A stretch of DNA of 64,000 bases from Alphaproteobacteria bacterium (GTDB taxonomy: Bacteria; Pseudomonadota; Alphaproteobacteria; RF32; CAG-239). Location of the stretch: positions 1,954 through 65,953 of the forward strand of contig JAZRCM010000002.1 of assembly GCA_045659785.1 (NCBI GenBank), written 5' to 3'. Positions 16,617 to 27,672 of this stretch are shown one piece after another; positions within the stretch are counted from its first letter, which is position 1, and each line of letters opens with the position of its first letter. The translations under genes were made by a program, and so were the position numbers. Under the pieces are notes generated by a model. That model made no database searches. It saw only the letters and a list, made by a program, of their open reading frames with translations, and was not told the DNA's origin.

Positions 16617-17303
16617 CTAAAATAGTCCGGTATCTCTGAAACTGTAACATTCATCTTTACCGACAATTATGTGATCTTGCAATTTTATATCAACACTTTG
16701 TAATGCGGTAAAAATTTGTTTAGTTACCAAAATATCGGCTTTTGACGGAGTTACAACTCCGGTCGGATGGTTATGAACCATAATCACACTTTTGGCATTA
16801 TTGAAGATAGCAGATTTTACCACCTCAGCCGGATGGATTGCAACATTATCTGTTGTCCCCCTCTGCTGAACATCTTGTCCGATAACTTTCAATTTTGCAT
16901 CTAAAAATATGAGCATAAACTCTTCTCGTTTTTTATGTGCCATTTTCATACGACAATAGTCTATCATCGCATCCCAATTTGAAATTATGGGACTATCTGC
17001 GGCACACAAATTTTGCCAAGTCATACGCAGAGCTGCTTCTTTTACTATTGAAAATACCAGGATAGAGCTTTCTTTTAAACCGGAAAAACTCATTAAAGCA
17101 TTTTCATCTGCTCCCATAACTCCGGCAAAACTGCCAAATTCATTTATCAGAGCCTTTGCCAAAGGTTTTGTATCTTTACGGGGAATAGCCAAAGTCAGGA
17201 GAAGTTCTAGCATTTCATAATCGGCCATATCCTGTCCGTGTCCACGCAAAAAACGTTCTTTTAAGCGTTGACGATGCCCGATGTAGTCTTTTTCTTCCGC
17301 CAT
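16617..17303 (-). CDS. radC: RadC-like JAB-domain protein (UPF0758).
   Basis: N-terminal HhH-like region, C-terminal JAMM-like motif VHNHPTGVVTPSKADI. Confidence 0.8.
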   Translation of the reverse strand: MAEEKDYIGHRQRLKERFLRGHGQDMADYEMLELLLTLAIPRKDTKPLAKALINEFGSFAGVMGADENALMSFSGLKESSILVFSIVKEAALRMTWQNLCAADSPIISNWDAMIDYCRMKMAHKKREEFMLIFLDAKLKVIGQDVQQRGTTDNVAIHPAEVVKSAIFNNAKSVIMVHNHPTGVVTPSKADILVTKQIFTALQSVDIKLQDHIIVGKDECYSFRDTGLF

Positions 17304-17312
17304 TTTTAATCC

Positions 17313-18149
17313 CTACTTTTTATATGGTGGTCTGTCCAGCCCCTTAGGAGAATATGTAAACACCTCAAATCCGTCTTTTGTAACAGCCAAAGAGTGTTCA
17401 AATTGTGCTGATAAGGTTTTATCTCTGGTTACGGCAGTCCAACCGTTCGGCAAAATAAAACCGTCTTTTTTACCGATATTTATCATCGGTTCAATAGTAA
17501 AAAACATTCCCTCTTCCATAACCGGTCCGGTACCTTTTTTACCGCAGTGCATAACATTAGGTTGGTCATGAAAAACTTTTCCCAATCCGTGACCGCAGAA
17601 CATATCTACAACCGAATATCCGTATTTATGAGCATATTCTTCTATAACCGCACCGATATCCCCGAAATGAGCTCCCGGTTTAACAACTTCAATTCCGCGC
17701 ATCATACATTCGTAGGTAACATCACACAAACGAGTAGCTTTTATTTTGGGTTTACCGACATAATACATACGACTTGAATCTCCATACCATCCGTCAACAA
17801 TTACCGTAACATCAATGTTGGCAATATCACCGTTAGCCAGTTTTTGTTCCGCACTCGGTATGCCGTGGCAAATCACATGATTGACCGAAATACAAGTATA
17901 TTTCGGATACCCGTGATAATTTTTACAAGCAGAAATCGCTCCCTTGCTTTTGATATATTCGTTGCACAAATTATCCAAATATTCGGTTGATACTCCGACA
18001 TCTACATAATCGGTAATATAATCTAAAACTTCAGCGGCAAGTTTGCCTGCTTTACGCATACCTTCAAAATCTGTCGGCTCATGAATTGTTATGCGATCTG
18101 AATTTTTTCTGCTCAATTTTTTACTCCTAATTTTTTTGTTTATAAACAC
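17313..18149 (-). CDS. map: Type I methionine aminopeptidase.
   Basis: Metal ligands in DVTVIVDGWYGDSSRMYYVG, HGLGKVFHD and FTIEPMIN, which is the classic MetAP-1 arrangement. Confidence 0.88.
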   Translation of the reverse strand: MFINKKIRSKKLSRKNSDRITIHEPTDFEGMRKAGKLAAEVLDYITDYVDVGVSTEYLDNLCNEYIKSKGAISACKNYHGYPKYTCISVNHVICHGIPSAEQKLANGDIANIDVTVIVDGWYGDSSRMYYVGKPKIKATRLCDVTYECMMRGIEVVKPGAHFGDIGAVIEEYAHKYGYSVVDMFCGHGLGKVFHDQPNVMHCGKKGTGPVMEEGMFFTIEPMINIGKKDGFILPNGWTAVTRDKTLSAQFEHSLAVTKDGFEVFTYSPKGLDRPPYKK

Positions 18150-18241
18150 TACACCAGCCTCGTTTTTTTTGCAACATCAATCTTGAAGAATTCCCCTAAC
18201 GGATTATCTTTCTTATAAAACAACGAGTGAGGATTATAACA

Positions 18242-18736
18242 ATGAAAATAAATTTCGGACGTCTTGCCTATTGTTTTATATTGGTATTTTTAGCAATGAT
18301 TGCCGGTCGTTATTATAACAGTTTCGGAATGTTAAACTGGTATAATGAGATAGAAAAACCGATGATGACACCTCCCGATATGGTCTTTCCGATAGTATGG
18401 AGTATTTTATATACGCTTATGGCCATAGCCTTTTATCAGGCTTTTATGGTGGCAAGTACCGATAAAAAACGTCAAAAACTTAACGGATATTTCTTGGGAT
18501 TGTTATTTTTACACATTCTTTGGAGTTACGCATTTTTCTATATGGGATATATCGGAATGGCGCTGATTGTTGTAATTATCATCGATATTGTAAGTTATAT
18601 GATAATGATGATGTTTTGGGCGACTTCAACGGCATCTGCATTGTTATTTTTCCCATATTTTGTATGGATTTTATTTGCAACATATTTGAACGCATCTTTT
18701 GTAAACTTGAACGGTTTTGTCATATTTTTAGAATAA
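18242..18736 (+). CDS. tspO: TspO/MBR (translocator protein) family membrane protein.
   Basis: WYNEIEKPMMTPPDMVFPIVWSILYTLMAIA and LFFPYFVWILFATYLN align well to Rhodobacter TspO. SD GAGGA 8 nt upstream. The ORF track begins at the GTG at 18227. Confidence 0.75.
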   Translation: MKINFGRLAYCFILVFLAMIAGRYYNSFGMLNWYNEIEKPMMTPPDMVFPIVWSILYTLMAIAFYQAFMVASTDKKRQKLNGYFLGLLFLHILWSYAFFYMGYIGMALIVVIIIDIVSYMIMMMFWATSTASALLFFPYFVWILFATYLNASFVNLNGFVIFLE

Positions 18737-18852
18737 AGTATTAAGGCAGGCTCAAAAAGTCTGCTTTTTTATTATTTTTTTACTTGCCATTGACATCTTT
18801 TTGCATTAAAAAGTTTGGGTTAGTTTTATATGTAAAAAGAGGTTTATGAACA

Positions 18853-21483
18853 ATGACAGTAACGGTAAATCAAATAAGAAGTACCTTTCTTAACTACTTC
18901 GCAAAAAATGACCATAAAATCATACAATCATCTCCGTTAGTACCGGACAACGATCCTACTTTGATGTTTACAAACTCAGGTATGGTTCAGTTTAAGAATA
19001 TTTTGGCGGGTAATGAAACAAGAGATTATGTGCGAGCCGCTACTGCTCAAAAATCTGTTCGTGCCGGTGGTAAACATAATGACCTGGACAGTGTAGGATA
19101 TGATGTTCGACACCACACATTTTTTGAAATGTTAGGAAACTTTTCTTTCGGCGATTATTTCAAAGAAGGCGCTATTTTATATGCTTGGGAGCTTTTGACT
19201 AAAGAATTTGATATTCCGAAGGAAAAACTTGCTGTTACAATTTATCATAACGATGACGAAGCTCATGATTTATGGAAAAAAATCGCCGGTCTTCCTGAAG
19301 AAAGAATTATTCGTATTGCCACAAAAGATAACTTTTGGCAAATGGGTGATACAGGTCCTTGCGGTCCGTGTTCCGAAATCTTTTATGACCATGGTCCTGA
19401 AGTTTGGGGTGGTCTGCCCGGAACTCCTGAAGAAGACGGCGACAGATTTATCGAAATTTGGAACTTGGTGTTTGACCAGTTTGAAGACTTGCCTGACGGT
19501 AGCCGTGTCAACATTAAAAAACCGTCTATTGATACCGGTATGGGATTAGAAAGAATTGCCGCAATTTTACAGGGTGTTCACTCTAACTTTGATATTGATT
19601 TGTTCCAAAACTTAATCGGCTCTATTGCTGATTTGGCAAATTCTGATCCGAAAGGAAAATTACAGGCTTCCCATAACGTTATTGCCGATCATATGCGCTC
19701 CGCTGCCTTTTTGATTGCTGACGGTGTATTGCCGTCAAATGAAGGTCGCGGATACGTATTGCGTCGTATTATGCGTCGTGCTATGCGTCACGTTCACATG
19801 TTAGGTGTTAAAGAACCTATGATGTACAAACTCCTTCCTACTTTGCAAAAAGAAATGGGTGAAGCTTATCCTGAACTGTATCGTGCAGAAGCATTAATCA
19901 GAGAAACATTAAAAACAGAAGAAACAAAGTTTATCAAGACATTAGAAAAAGGACTTAAACTTTTAGATGAAGAAACCGCAGACATGTCTGCCGGTGATAC
20001 TTTAAACGGCGAGACCGCATTTAAGCTCTATGACACATACGGTTTCCCTCTTGATTTGACACAAGATGCTTTGAAAAATAAAGATATCAATGTTGATGTT
20101 GACGGGTTTAATACCGCTATGGAAAGACAACGTGCCGAAGCTCGTAAAAACTGGGCCGGTAGCGGTGATGAAGGTGTAGAAAAAATTTGGTTTGAAGTTT
20201 TTGATAAACTTGGAAAAAGCGAATTTTTAGGTTATAGCTCAACTAAGGCTGACGGAGAAATTAAAGCTTTGGTTCAAAACTCTCAACTTGTTGACAGTGT
20301 AAAAGAAGGAGACTTCTATTTGGTTGCAAATCAAACTCCTTTTTATGGTGAATCAGGCGGTCAGGTTGGCGATACCGGCTTTATCAAAAGCAAAGATTTT
20401 GTTGCTGAAGTGATTGATACCAAAAAGAAAATTGACGGTATGATTGTTCATATCTGTAAATTGGTTAGCGGTGAAGTTAAAATCGGCGAATTTGCAAGTT
20501 TTGAAATTAATGAAGAAAACCGCAACAAAATCAGAGCTAACCACTCTGTTACTCACTTGTTACATCGTGCATTGCGTGATATTTTGGGCGAACACGTTAC
20601 ACAAAAAGGTTCGATGGTTGCTCCGGACAGAGCTCGTTTTGATATTTCACATCACAAACAAGTTACTGCCGAAGAATTGCGACAAGCAGAGAATATTGTT
20701 AATGAAGCAGTTCGTAAAAACTATAATTGCATTACCAGAATTATGACACCGGAAGAAGCGGTTGCCGCCGGTGCAATGGCTCTATTCGGTGAAAAATACG
20801 GCGAAACTGTTCGTGTTGTAAGCATGGAAAACGATGGCGAAGTATTTTCTCGTGAATTGTGCGGTGGTACTCACGTTTCGACAACCGGAGATATCGGATA
20901 TTTTAACATTGTTTCCGAATCTGCCGTTGCGGCCGGTGTTCGTCGTATTGAATTTTTAACCGGATATGCAGCTGAAAAATATACTCAAGATATGGAAGAT
21001 AAGCTTCATCAAATCAGTTTGTTATTAAAAACAAGTCCTGCTGATATTGAAGCACGTATTAAACTTTTGATGGAAGAAAAGAAAAAGTTAGAAGCTGAAA
21101 TATTACGAGTTCGTAAAAACTTTGCAAGCAATAAAGCTGCTGATAATAAGGAAAAATTTGAAGATATTAACGGTGTTAAATTTGCTGCAAAAGTATTGAA
21201 TAATATTTCTGCAAAAGATCTTAAAGCCTTTATCGACGAAGTTAAACAACAAATTGAAAGCGGTATAATTGTTCTCTTCTCTTGCTATGATGACAAGGTA
21301 ACTGCTGTTATCGGTGTTACGGAAGATTTGACAGCTAAATATTCTGCAAATGATTTGATTAAGGTTATTGCTCCTTATATCGGAGCTAAAGGTGGCGGCG
21401 GTCGTCCTGATATGGCTCAAACCGGTGGTACTGACCTTACACAACTCAATGAAGCAGTTGATGCTTTAAGAAAAGCCATTTAA
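18853..21483 (+). CDS. alaS: Alanine--tRNA ligase.
   Basis: 876 aa. N-terminus MTVTVNQIRSTFLNYF, class II motifs, HSVTHLLHRAL editing-domain motif, C-terminal DHHA1 with GGGRPDMAQ. Confidence 0.95.
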   Translation: MTVTVNQIRSTFLNYFAKNDHKIIQSSPLVPDNDPTLMFTNSGMVQFKNILAGNETRDYVRAATAQKSVRAGGKHNDLDSVGYDVRHHTFFEMLGNFSFGDYFKEGAILYAWELLTKEFDIPKEKLAVTIYHNDDEAHDLWKKIAGLPEERIIRIATKDNFWQMGDTGPCGPCSEIFYDHGPEVWGGLPGTPEEDGDRFIEIWNLVFDQFEDLPDGSRVNIKKPSIDTGMGLERIAAILQGVHSNFDIDLFQNLIGSIADLANSDPKGKLQASHNVIADHMRSAAFLIADGVLPSNEGRGYVLRRIMRRAMRHVHMLGVKEPMMYKLLPTLQKEMGEAYPELYRAEALIRETLKTEETKFIKTLEKGLKLLDEETADMSAGDTLNGETAFKLYDTYGFPLDLTQDALKNKDINVDVDGFNTAMERQRAEARKNWAGSGDEGVEKIWFEVFDKLGKSEFLGYSSTKADGEIKALVQNSQLVDSVKEGDFYLVANQTPFYGESGGQVGDTGFIKSKDFVAEVIDTKKKIDGMIVHICKLVSGEVKIGEFASFEINEENRNKIRANHSVTHLLHRALRDILGEHVTQKGSMVAPDRARFDISHHKQVTAEELRQAENIVNEAVRKNYNCITRIMTPEEAVAAGAMALFGEKYGETVRVVSMENDGEVFSRELCGGTHVSTTGDIGYFNIVSESAVAAGVRRIEFLTGYAAEKYTQDMEDKLHQISLLLKTSPADIEARIKLLMEEKKKLEAEILRVRKNFASNKAADNKEKFEDINGVKFAAKVLNNISAKDLKAFIDEVKQQIESGIIVLFSCYDDKVTAVIGVTEDLTAKYSANDLIKVIAPYIGAKGGGGRPDMAQTGGTDLTQLNEAVDALRKAI

Positions 21484-21488
21484 TCAAC

Positions 21489-21522
21489 AAGCCCGCATTA
21501 AACCGCGGGCTTTTATTTTTGA
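21489..21522 (+). terminator. Terminator of alaS. A second hairpin lies at 21541-21568.
   Basis: Hairpin GCCCGCATTAAACCGCGGGC followed by TTTTATTTTT. Confidence 0.7.
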
Positions 21523-21632
21523 TAGTAAAATCTAAAAAAAAGGCGGTTAATAAATAACCGCTTTTTCTTGAGTTTCGTATATTCAATGCTAAATTATACG
21601 CATTAAGAAATCTTAATATTAAGGAGTTATAT

Positions 21633-23249
21633 ATGATTGAAATTATCAAAACTACCCCGTATACCGATCAAAAGATGGGGACTGCGGGTTTGCGTAAAAA
21701 ATCAAAAGTTGTGATGCAGGAACATTATTTTGAAAACTTTCTTCAAAGTATTTTTAATGTAATTGCTCCGGAAGGAAAGACTTTTGTTGTCGGTGGTGAC
21801 GGTCGTTTTTATAATAGCATTGCTATTCAAAAATTGATAAAAATGTCTGCTGCTAACGGTGTTAAAAAGCTCATTGTCGGCAAAAACGGATATCTTTCTA
21901 CTCCGGCATCATCAAATATGATTTTGAAAAATCATACTGACGGCGGTTTCGTTTTAACCGCTTCGCACAATCCGGGCGGAGAAAACGGTGACTTTGGTAT
22001 TAAATATGCCACAGAAACCGGCGGACAATGCTCAAGTCAGGTTAGTGATAAAATTTTTGAACAAACCAAAAATATTACCGAATTCAAAATCTTGCAATGC
22101 GAAGATATCAAACTTGATATATTAGGCTCTCAAAAAGTCGGAGAAATGGAAGTTGAAATCGTTGATCCGATTACAGAATATGTTAAATTGATGGAAAGCA
22201 TTTTTGACTTTGAAGCTATCAAAAAAATGTTTGCAAACGGCTTTACCATGCGTTTTGATGCTATGAATGCCGTTACCGGTCCTTACGCAATTGAAATCTT
22301 TGAAAATGTTCTCGGTGCTGCTAAAGGTTCTGTTCTTAATGCAACTCCTAAACAAGATTTCGGCGGATTGCATCCGGATCCGAACTTGGTTTATGCAAAA
22401 GAATTGGTTGACATTATGTACGGCGAAAATGCACCTGATTTTGGTGCGGCTAATGACGGCGACGGCGACCGCAATATGATTTTGGGCAAAAAATTCTTTG
22501 TTACTCCGAGTGACAGCTTGGCTATTTTGACCGATAACTATGCTTTGATACCTGCTTATAAAGATGGTATTTTCGGTGTAGCAAAATCTATGGCTACTTC
22601 AACCGCTGTTGCCAGAGTTGCCGATGCCCACAAAATCGGATACTATGAAGTTCCGACAGGTTGGAAATATTTTGTAAACCTTATGGACAGCAAACGCATT
22701 ACATTCTGCGGTGAAGAAAGCTTTGGTACCGGTTCCAGCCATATTAGAGAAAAAGACGGTATTTGGGCTGTTTTATTCTGGTTAAACGTAATTGCCGCTT
22801 CAGGAAAATCTGTTGAGGAAATTACTACCGAACATTGGCAAAAATACGGACGTAGCTACTATTTGCGTTTTGACTTCGATGGTATTCCTACCGATATTGC
22901 AAACGATTTGATGAAGAATTTGGAAGAAAAACTTCCTTCTTTAAACGGTCAGGAAATGAACGGATTTAAGATTAAATTGGCAGAAGTCTTCACGTACAAC
23001 GACCCTGTTGATCATTCTTCTACGTCAAACGGTATGAGAATCTTGATGGAAGACGGATCTCGTATTGTATTCCGTTTGTCAGGTACAAGCAGTAGCGGTG
23101 CTACTTTGCGTGTATATCTCGAAAAATTGGAACGCAATAATTTTGATGCAAATCCGCGTGATATGGTTGATGAATTGCTCAAAATGGCAATGAATATTGC
23201 CGAAATTGAGAAACGCACCGGCAAAAAACAAGCTGATGTTACAACCTAA
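21633..23249 (+). CDS. pgm: Phosphoglucomutase (alpha-D-glucose-phosphate specific).
   Basis: Active-site TASHNPGGENGD, metal loop GAANDGDGDRNM, sugar-binding motif CGEESFG. Confidence 0.9.
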   Translation: MIEIIKTTPYTDQKMGTAGLRKKSKVVMQEHYFENFLQSIFNVIAPEGKTFVVGGDGRFYNSIAIQKLIKMSAANGVKKLIVGKNGYLSTPASSNMILKNHTDGGFVLTASHNPGGENGDFGIKYATETGGQCSSQVSDKIFEQTKNITEFKILQCEDIKLDILGSQKVGEMEVEIVDPITEYVKLMESIFDFEAIKKMFANGFTMRFDAMNAVTGPYAIEIFENVLGAAKGSVLNATPKQDFGGLHPDPNLVYAKELVDIMYGENAPDFGAANDGDGDRNMILGKKFFVTPSDSLAILTDNYALIPAYKDGIFGVAKSMATSTAVARVADAHKIGYYEVPTGWKYFVNLMDSKRITFCGEESFGTGSSHIREKDGIWAVLFWLNVIAASGKSVEEITTEHWQKYGRSYYLRFDFDGIPTDIANDLMKNLEEKLPSLNGQEMNGFKIKLAEVFTYNDPVDHSSTSNGMRILMEDGSRIVFRLSGTSSSGATLRVYLEKLERNNFDANPRDMVDELLKMAMNIAEIEKRTGKKQADVTT

Positions 23250-23275
23250 TCGCAAGTAGCATAAAGAAGGCCACC

Positions 23276-25903
23276 GTGAAAAGTATATTAAGCAAAATAA
23301 AATTGCCACGTCCGGACAAACTTTTGCAAAAAAGATTGATTGCTCTGGCATATACTTTGGTGGCCTTAACTGCTACTTTAATTACTCTTTTTGTGTATCA
23401 ACAACATCTTTATATCTTTTTGTTGATTATCAGTTTCTTGACCTTTATGTGTTTGATTTTATCACTTTTAACACTAAAGTCCGGAGAAGAAGCTATCAAT
23501 TATGGCGGTTTTGCCAATGAAATTATACGTCAAAGCTCAAATGCCAAGAGAATAGAAACCTATAAAGGCAAAATAATACTGGAAAATGATGGCGCTAAAG
23601 AGCTTTTTGCACAGCAAAATATCTTACGTTTTTTACAAGAACATTTAGCCGAATATCGCAATAATAATTTTGCATATCAGCAACTTAAGAACGCTTTTAT
23701 GAATATGTCCGCCGTAAAAGTTACCCTTGCGTTGGACTTATCGGAAAACAACGAACATTCATCATGGTTTCAGGTATCGTTAAAGCCGATTTATTTGAAA
23801 AGAACAGACTTTTTTGAACAACCTTTTTCCATAAAAAAAGTCAAGAAAGATGTTTATATGTATTGGAGTTTTAGAGATATTACTGCCGAACATAATATGG
23901 AAGAAGTATTCCAAAATGAACGTTTGTATATGCACGACTTTTTAGATTATCTTCCGGCAGCTCTTTATATTGCCAATAATGAGTATAAAATAGAATATTG
24001 TAATTACGCCTTTGCCAACAAGTTGGGTAAAACACGTGAAGAAATAACAGGAACATATCTTATCGATTATTTGGCAGAAAACTCCCCTATTCCGCCGCAA
24101 ACTTCCGCATGGAACGGTTTTGTTCATTTTATCGGCAAAAACGGTAACAATATAGAGACCTGCATAAAACAAGACAGTTTCAGATATAATAATACCATAA
24201 AAATCAGAGCTGCCGCCATTACGGATTTGCCTAATGATCAAATGCTTCATAAACAACTAAGTCGTGCCGTTGATGAAATAAGCTGGCTTTTTGATTTTGC
24301 TCCGATAGGAATTGTTTTTACAAACACAAACGGCATAATTCAAGAATGTAATCCTGCGGCTTGCAACATTTTTAATATGAAAAATGACAATATAATCAAT
24401 GCCGATATTTTTGATTTAATCAGCCATAACAATAAATATTCTCTGGGAAGAGAAATGGAACAAATTGTTAATAAGGAAAAAAATACATCTTCATTAGAGT
24501 TTGTGATTTCTTCTTCCGAAAAATCGGCAACAGCACATATTATTCCGATGAAAAGATTGTTTGCGGACAAGGAAACAATAATCGACGGATTGATATTTTA
24601 TATCATAGATGCTACCGAACAAAAGAAACTTGAAAGTCAGTATGCTCAAGCTCAAAAAATGCAAGCTTTGGGACAGTTAGCCGGTGGTGTTGCTCACGAC
24701 TTTAATAATCTTTTGACCGCAATTATCGGTTTTTGTGATTTGTTATGTCAACGTCATAGTGTCGGTGACCCGTCTTATGTTGACTTAAACCAGATAAAAA
24801 ACAATGCTAATCGTGCTGCCGCTTTGGTAAAACAACTCTTAGCTTTTTCACGCAAACAGGCTTTGCAACCGAAATATATTGATGTTACCGAGAACTTTAT
24901 GGAACTTATATATATGCTGAAACGTATTATCGGCGAAAATGTTTCCTTAAAATTCCACCATGGTACGGATTTAGGCTTTATAAAAGTTGACCCCGGACAA
25001 TTTTCTCAAGTTATTATGAACTTAGCCGTAAATGCTAAAGATGCGATGAACGGTAAAGGTGACCTTAATATTACGACCTATACCAAGCAAATTACGTCAC
25101 CGCAACAATTTGGAGAAGAAATTGTTAAACCCGGCAACTTTGTTGTGATTGATGTCAGTGATACCGGTTGCGGTATTCCGGAAGAAAATTTAACTCGTAT
25201 TTTTGAGCCGTTTTTCTCAACGAAACAAAATGTTGTCGGCTCAGGTACCGGATTAGGATTGGCAATGGTTTACGGTATTGTCAGACAGACCGGAGGCTTT
25301 ATAAAAGTCAGCAGTGTGATAAATCAAGGTACTACTTTTTCTATTCATCTGCCCCGCTTTGAAAATAATCCCGATATTGAGGCAAAGGAACCGCAAAAAG
25401 CTAAAAATATTACCTCTGCGGACGGTTTGCCGATTATTAATGTTCAAACAGAAAATAATGCTACCGCAAATCAAAAATTTATATTTGGGCTTAATGTATC
25501 GGCAATCGATAGAGTTGATGCAAAAAATCCGCATGAAGGAATTAAGATTTTATTTGTTGAAGACGAAGATTCCGTTCGTAACTTTGCCGTAAGAGCCTTA
25601 AAGAAAAAGGGGTACGAAGTTATCGGTTGCAATTCTGCCGAAAATGCGTTAGAACAGCTGAAAACAAACAAAGACTTTAGTTTGCTGGTTACAGATATGA
25701 TGATGCCCGGAATGAATGGTGTCGAATTGGCTAAAATTGTAAAACAACAAATTAAAGACATTAAAATTATTCTTGCTTCCGGCTATTCCGAAGAAATTGC
25801 TCGTAATGAAATGGCGGTTTCCGAGGATATAGAATTTATGGCTAAACCGTTTAGTCTTGGTGATTTAACAAAGAAAATTTTTGATGTATTGAATAAGGCA
25901 TAA
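23276..25903 (+). CDS. cckA: Hybrid sensor histidine kinase: TM, PAS, HisKA, HATPase and a C-terminal receiver. CckA-like.
   Basis: H-box [21 protein letters not shown] boxes [10 protein letters not shown] and [10 protein letters not shown]-terminal REC domain [11 protein letters not shown]...[16 protein letters not shown] start. Confidence 0.6.
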   Translation: MKSILSKIKLPRPDKLLQKRLIALAYTLVALTATLITLFVYQQHLYIFLLIISFLTFMCLILSLLTLKSGEEAINYGGFANEIIRQSSNAKRIETYKGKIILENDGAKELFAQQNILRFLQEHLAEYRNNNFAYQQLKNAFMNMSAVKVTLALDLSENNEHSSWFQVSLKPIYLKRTDFFEQPFSIKKVKKDVYMYWSFRDITAEHNMEEVFQNERLYMHDFLDYLPAALYIANNEYKIEYCNYAFANKLGKTREEITGTYLIDYLAENSPIPPQTSAWNGFVHFIGKNGNNIETCIKQDSFRYNNTIKIRAAAITDLPNDQMLHKQLSRAVDEISWLFDFAPIGIVFTNTNGIIQECNPAACNIFNMKNDNIINADIFDLISHNNKYSLGREMEQIVNKEKNTSSLEFVISSSEKSATAHIIPMKRLFADKETIIDGLIFYIIDATEQKKLESQYAQAQKMQALGQLAGGVAHDFNNLLTAIIGFCDLLCQRHSVGDPSYVDLNQIKNNANRAAALVKQLLAFSRKQALQPKYIDVTENFMELIYMLKRIIGENVSLKFHHGTDLGFIKVDPGQFSQVIMNLAVNAKDAMNGKGDLNITTYTKQITSPQQFGEEIVKPGNFVVIDVSDTGCGIPEENLTRIFEPFFSTKQNVVGSGTGLGLAMVYGIVRQTGGFIKVSSVINQGTTFSIHLPRFENNPDIEAKEPQKAKNITSADGLPIINVQTENNATANQKFIFGLNVSAIDRVDAKNPHEGIKILFVEDEDSVRNFAVRALKKKGYEVIGCNSAENALEQLKTNKDFSLLVTDMMMPGMNGVELAKIVKQQIKDIKIILASGYSEEIARNEMAVSEDIEFMAKPFSLGDLTKKIFDVLNKA

Positions 25904-25904
25904 A

Positions 25905-26633
25905 ATGAACAAGAGCAATAACGCACGTCAATATCCGATTGAATTTGCACATTTTTCGTACATGAGGAAGAATAATTTCATAAAAGCTCCATGTAATGCC
26001 GAAGCTTTCGATATGATAGATATGTGGCCTCATTGGCCAAATTCGGCAATTTGCATCTATGGTCCATATCGTTGCGGAAAAACTCATTTATCACACATAT
26101 TTGCCGAGAAAGTAGCCGTTCTTACTCAATATCCGTATTTTATTCCGCAAATTGAAGCAAAAGATATTGATATGCAAATTCCACCGTTGTTGTTTTCTAA
26201 ACACAGATGTTTGATTGTTGAAAATTTGGAAGAAGCTGTCAATGAAGAAGCCATATTTCACCTTTTCAATTTATACCGAAATGAAGGCGGATATATTCTC
26301 TTTACATCTGCAGTCCCGCCGGCAAGACTAAATTTTAGATTACCTGATTTGCAATCAAGACTGAATATGATTCCGGCAATAGCCATATCAAAACCCGATG
26401 ATGAGTTGCTTTCATCGCTGATTATGAAACTCTTTATGGACAGACAAATTGCAGTATCTGATGAGGTTATAAATTATATGGTTATCAATATGCAAAGGTC
26501 TTTCAGTTATGCTCATAAGCTGGTAGAAGAAATCGATAACATATCGCTCTCATATAAGCGAGCCGTTTCTGTACCTATTGTGAAAGAAGCCATAGAAGCA
26601 CTTAAAATCAATCGTCAAGGCGAGTTGTTTTAG
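25905..26633 (+). CDS. hdaA: DnaA-related AAA+ regulator Hda/HdaA.
   Basis: WPHWPNSAICIYGPYRCGKTHLSHIFAEK closely matches the HdaA Walker region. About 240 aa. Confidence 0.65.
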   Translation: MNKSNNARQYPIEFAHFSYMRKNNFIKAPCNAEAFDMIDMWPHWPNSAICIYGPYRCGKTHLSHIFAEKVAVLTQYPYFIPQIEAKDIDMQIPPLLFSKHRCLIVENLEEAVNEEAIFHLFNLYRNEGGYILFTSAVPPARLNFRLPDLQSRLNMIPAIAISKPDDELLSSLIMKLFMDRQIAVSDEVINYMVINMQRSFSYAHKLVEEIDNISLSYKRAVSVPIVKEAIEALKINRQGELF

Positions 26634-26646
26634 TTAAATGTAATGC

Positions 26647-26958
26647 CTATTGTTTTCTTATAGGCCTATATATCTTATCCCAATAAATGAACATAAGCAA
26701 AGCAAAAGGTCCGGTCATAAGCAATAGAAAAAATAAAATTACATTTCTGATAATATTTATAAGGCTAACAGATTTTACAAAATCAATCACTTTTTGACTA
26801 TCTGTGCCTGAATAAGCAATCCATATTGATTTTATTTTACTATATCCTTTTGCACGAGATTCTTCGTAATGCTTTTGCATATCTTCAATATCTTGTCTGA
26901 TTAAATCACAAAACCCGCAAAAAATTACAAATAGTATAAATCCAATTACATATCCCAT
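26647..26958 (-). CDS. Small hypothetical membrane protein.
   Basis: 103 aa with two TM helices. Confidence 0.4.
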   Translation of the reverse strand: MGYVIGFILFVIFCGFCDLIRQDIEDMQKHYEESRAKGYSKIKSIWIAYSGTDSQKVIDFVKSVSLINIIRNVILFFLLLMTGPFALLMFIYWDKIYRPIRKQ

Positions 26959-27019
26959 ATTATCCTCCTATAAGGATAATATAACATATATTTTCTAAAA
27001 CATCTATTAGTAAAACATA

Positions 27020-27523
27020 TTATACATGACATACATCTTCTTGGCACTTGATACTCAACTTTTCTTGCCCGTTTTGAGAAGAATTATCTTTTATATGTTC
27101 GGATATTTCTTTTTTGAAATCCTCAACCGAGCCGTATCCTCTGTCTATGTATGATGCCATAGTGATATAAATTAACTCGTCTAATGTCGGTCTGTTGTTT
27201 ATCAATAAATTAAGTTTACGAACAATCTTTTCTTTATATTTGTAATTATCGTTTCCAAGATTATTAAGACCGACCAGTCTGTCTTGTATTTCTTTTACGG
27301 CTTTAGCGTTATATTCTATCCTAATTCGGGCAAGTTTGCTTTGATATGTCGCAACCGAATTAAAATCAGAAACTTTTTTGAGTTGAACAGATAAATTATT
27401 TTGCGGATAGTAAGTCGCAACGGTATCTTCTAACACCGCAAACAACAATCCTTTGCTTTCCGCCTTCTGTATATTAAGAAGGAAAGCTTCGCCCAATGTA
27501 CTTTGTTTAATGTCTTGTAGCAT
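27020..27523 (-). CDS. Hypothetical protein (167 aa).
   Basis: ORF divergent from the 27673 gene. No recognisable motif. Confidence 0.4.
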   Translation of the reverse strand: MLQDIKQSTLGEAFLLNIQKAESKGLLFAVLEDTVATYYPQNNLSVQLKKVSDFNSVATYQSKLARIRIEYNAKAVKEIQDRLVGLNNLGNDNYKYKEKIVRKLNLLINNRPTLDELIYITMASYIDRGYGSVEDFKKEISEHIKDNSSQNGQEKLSIKCQEDVCHV

Positions 27524-27672
27524 CGTCCTTCTCCTTTCTAATAATTACAAATCCTATTATAATAAATATAACACATATATGCTTGTTTCTCAAGTGATAA
27601 ATTAGTTTAATAAATCTAATAAAACATTTGATTATTTTATTAAATCCTCATATAATCGTGGCTTGAGGATTA

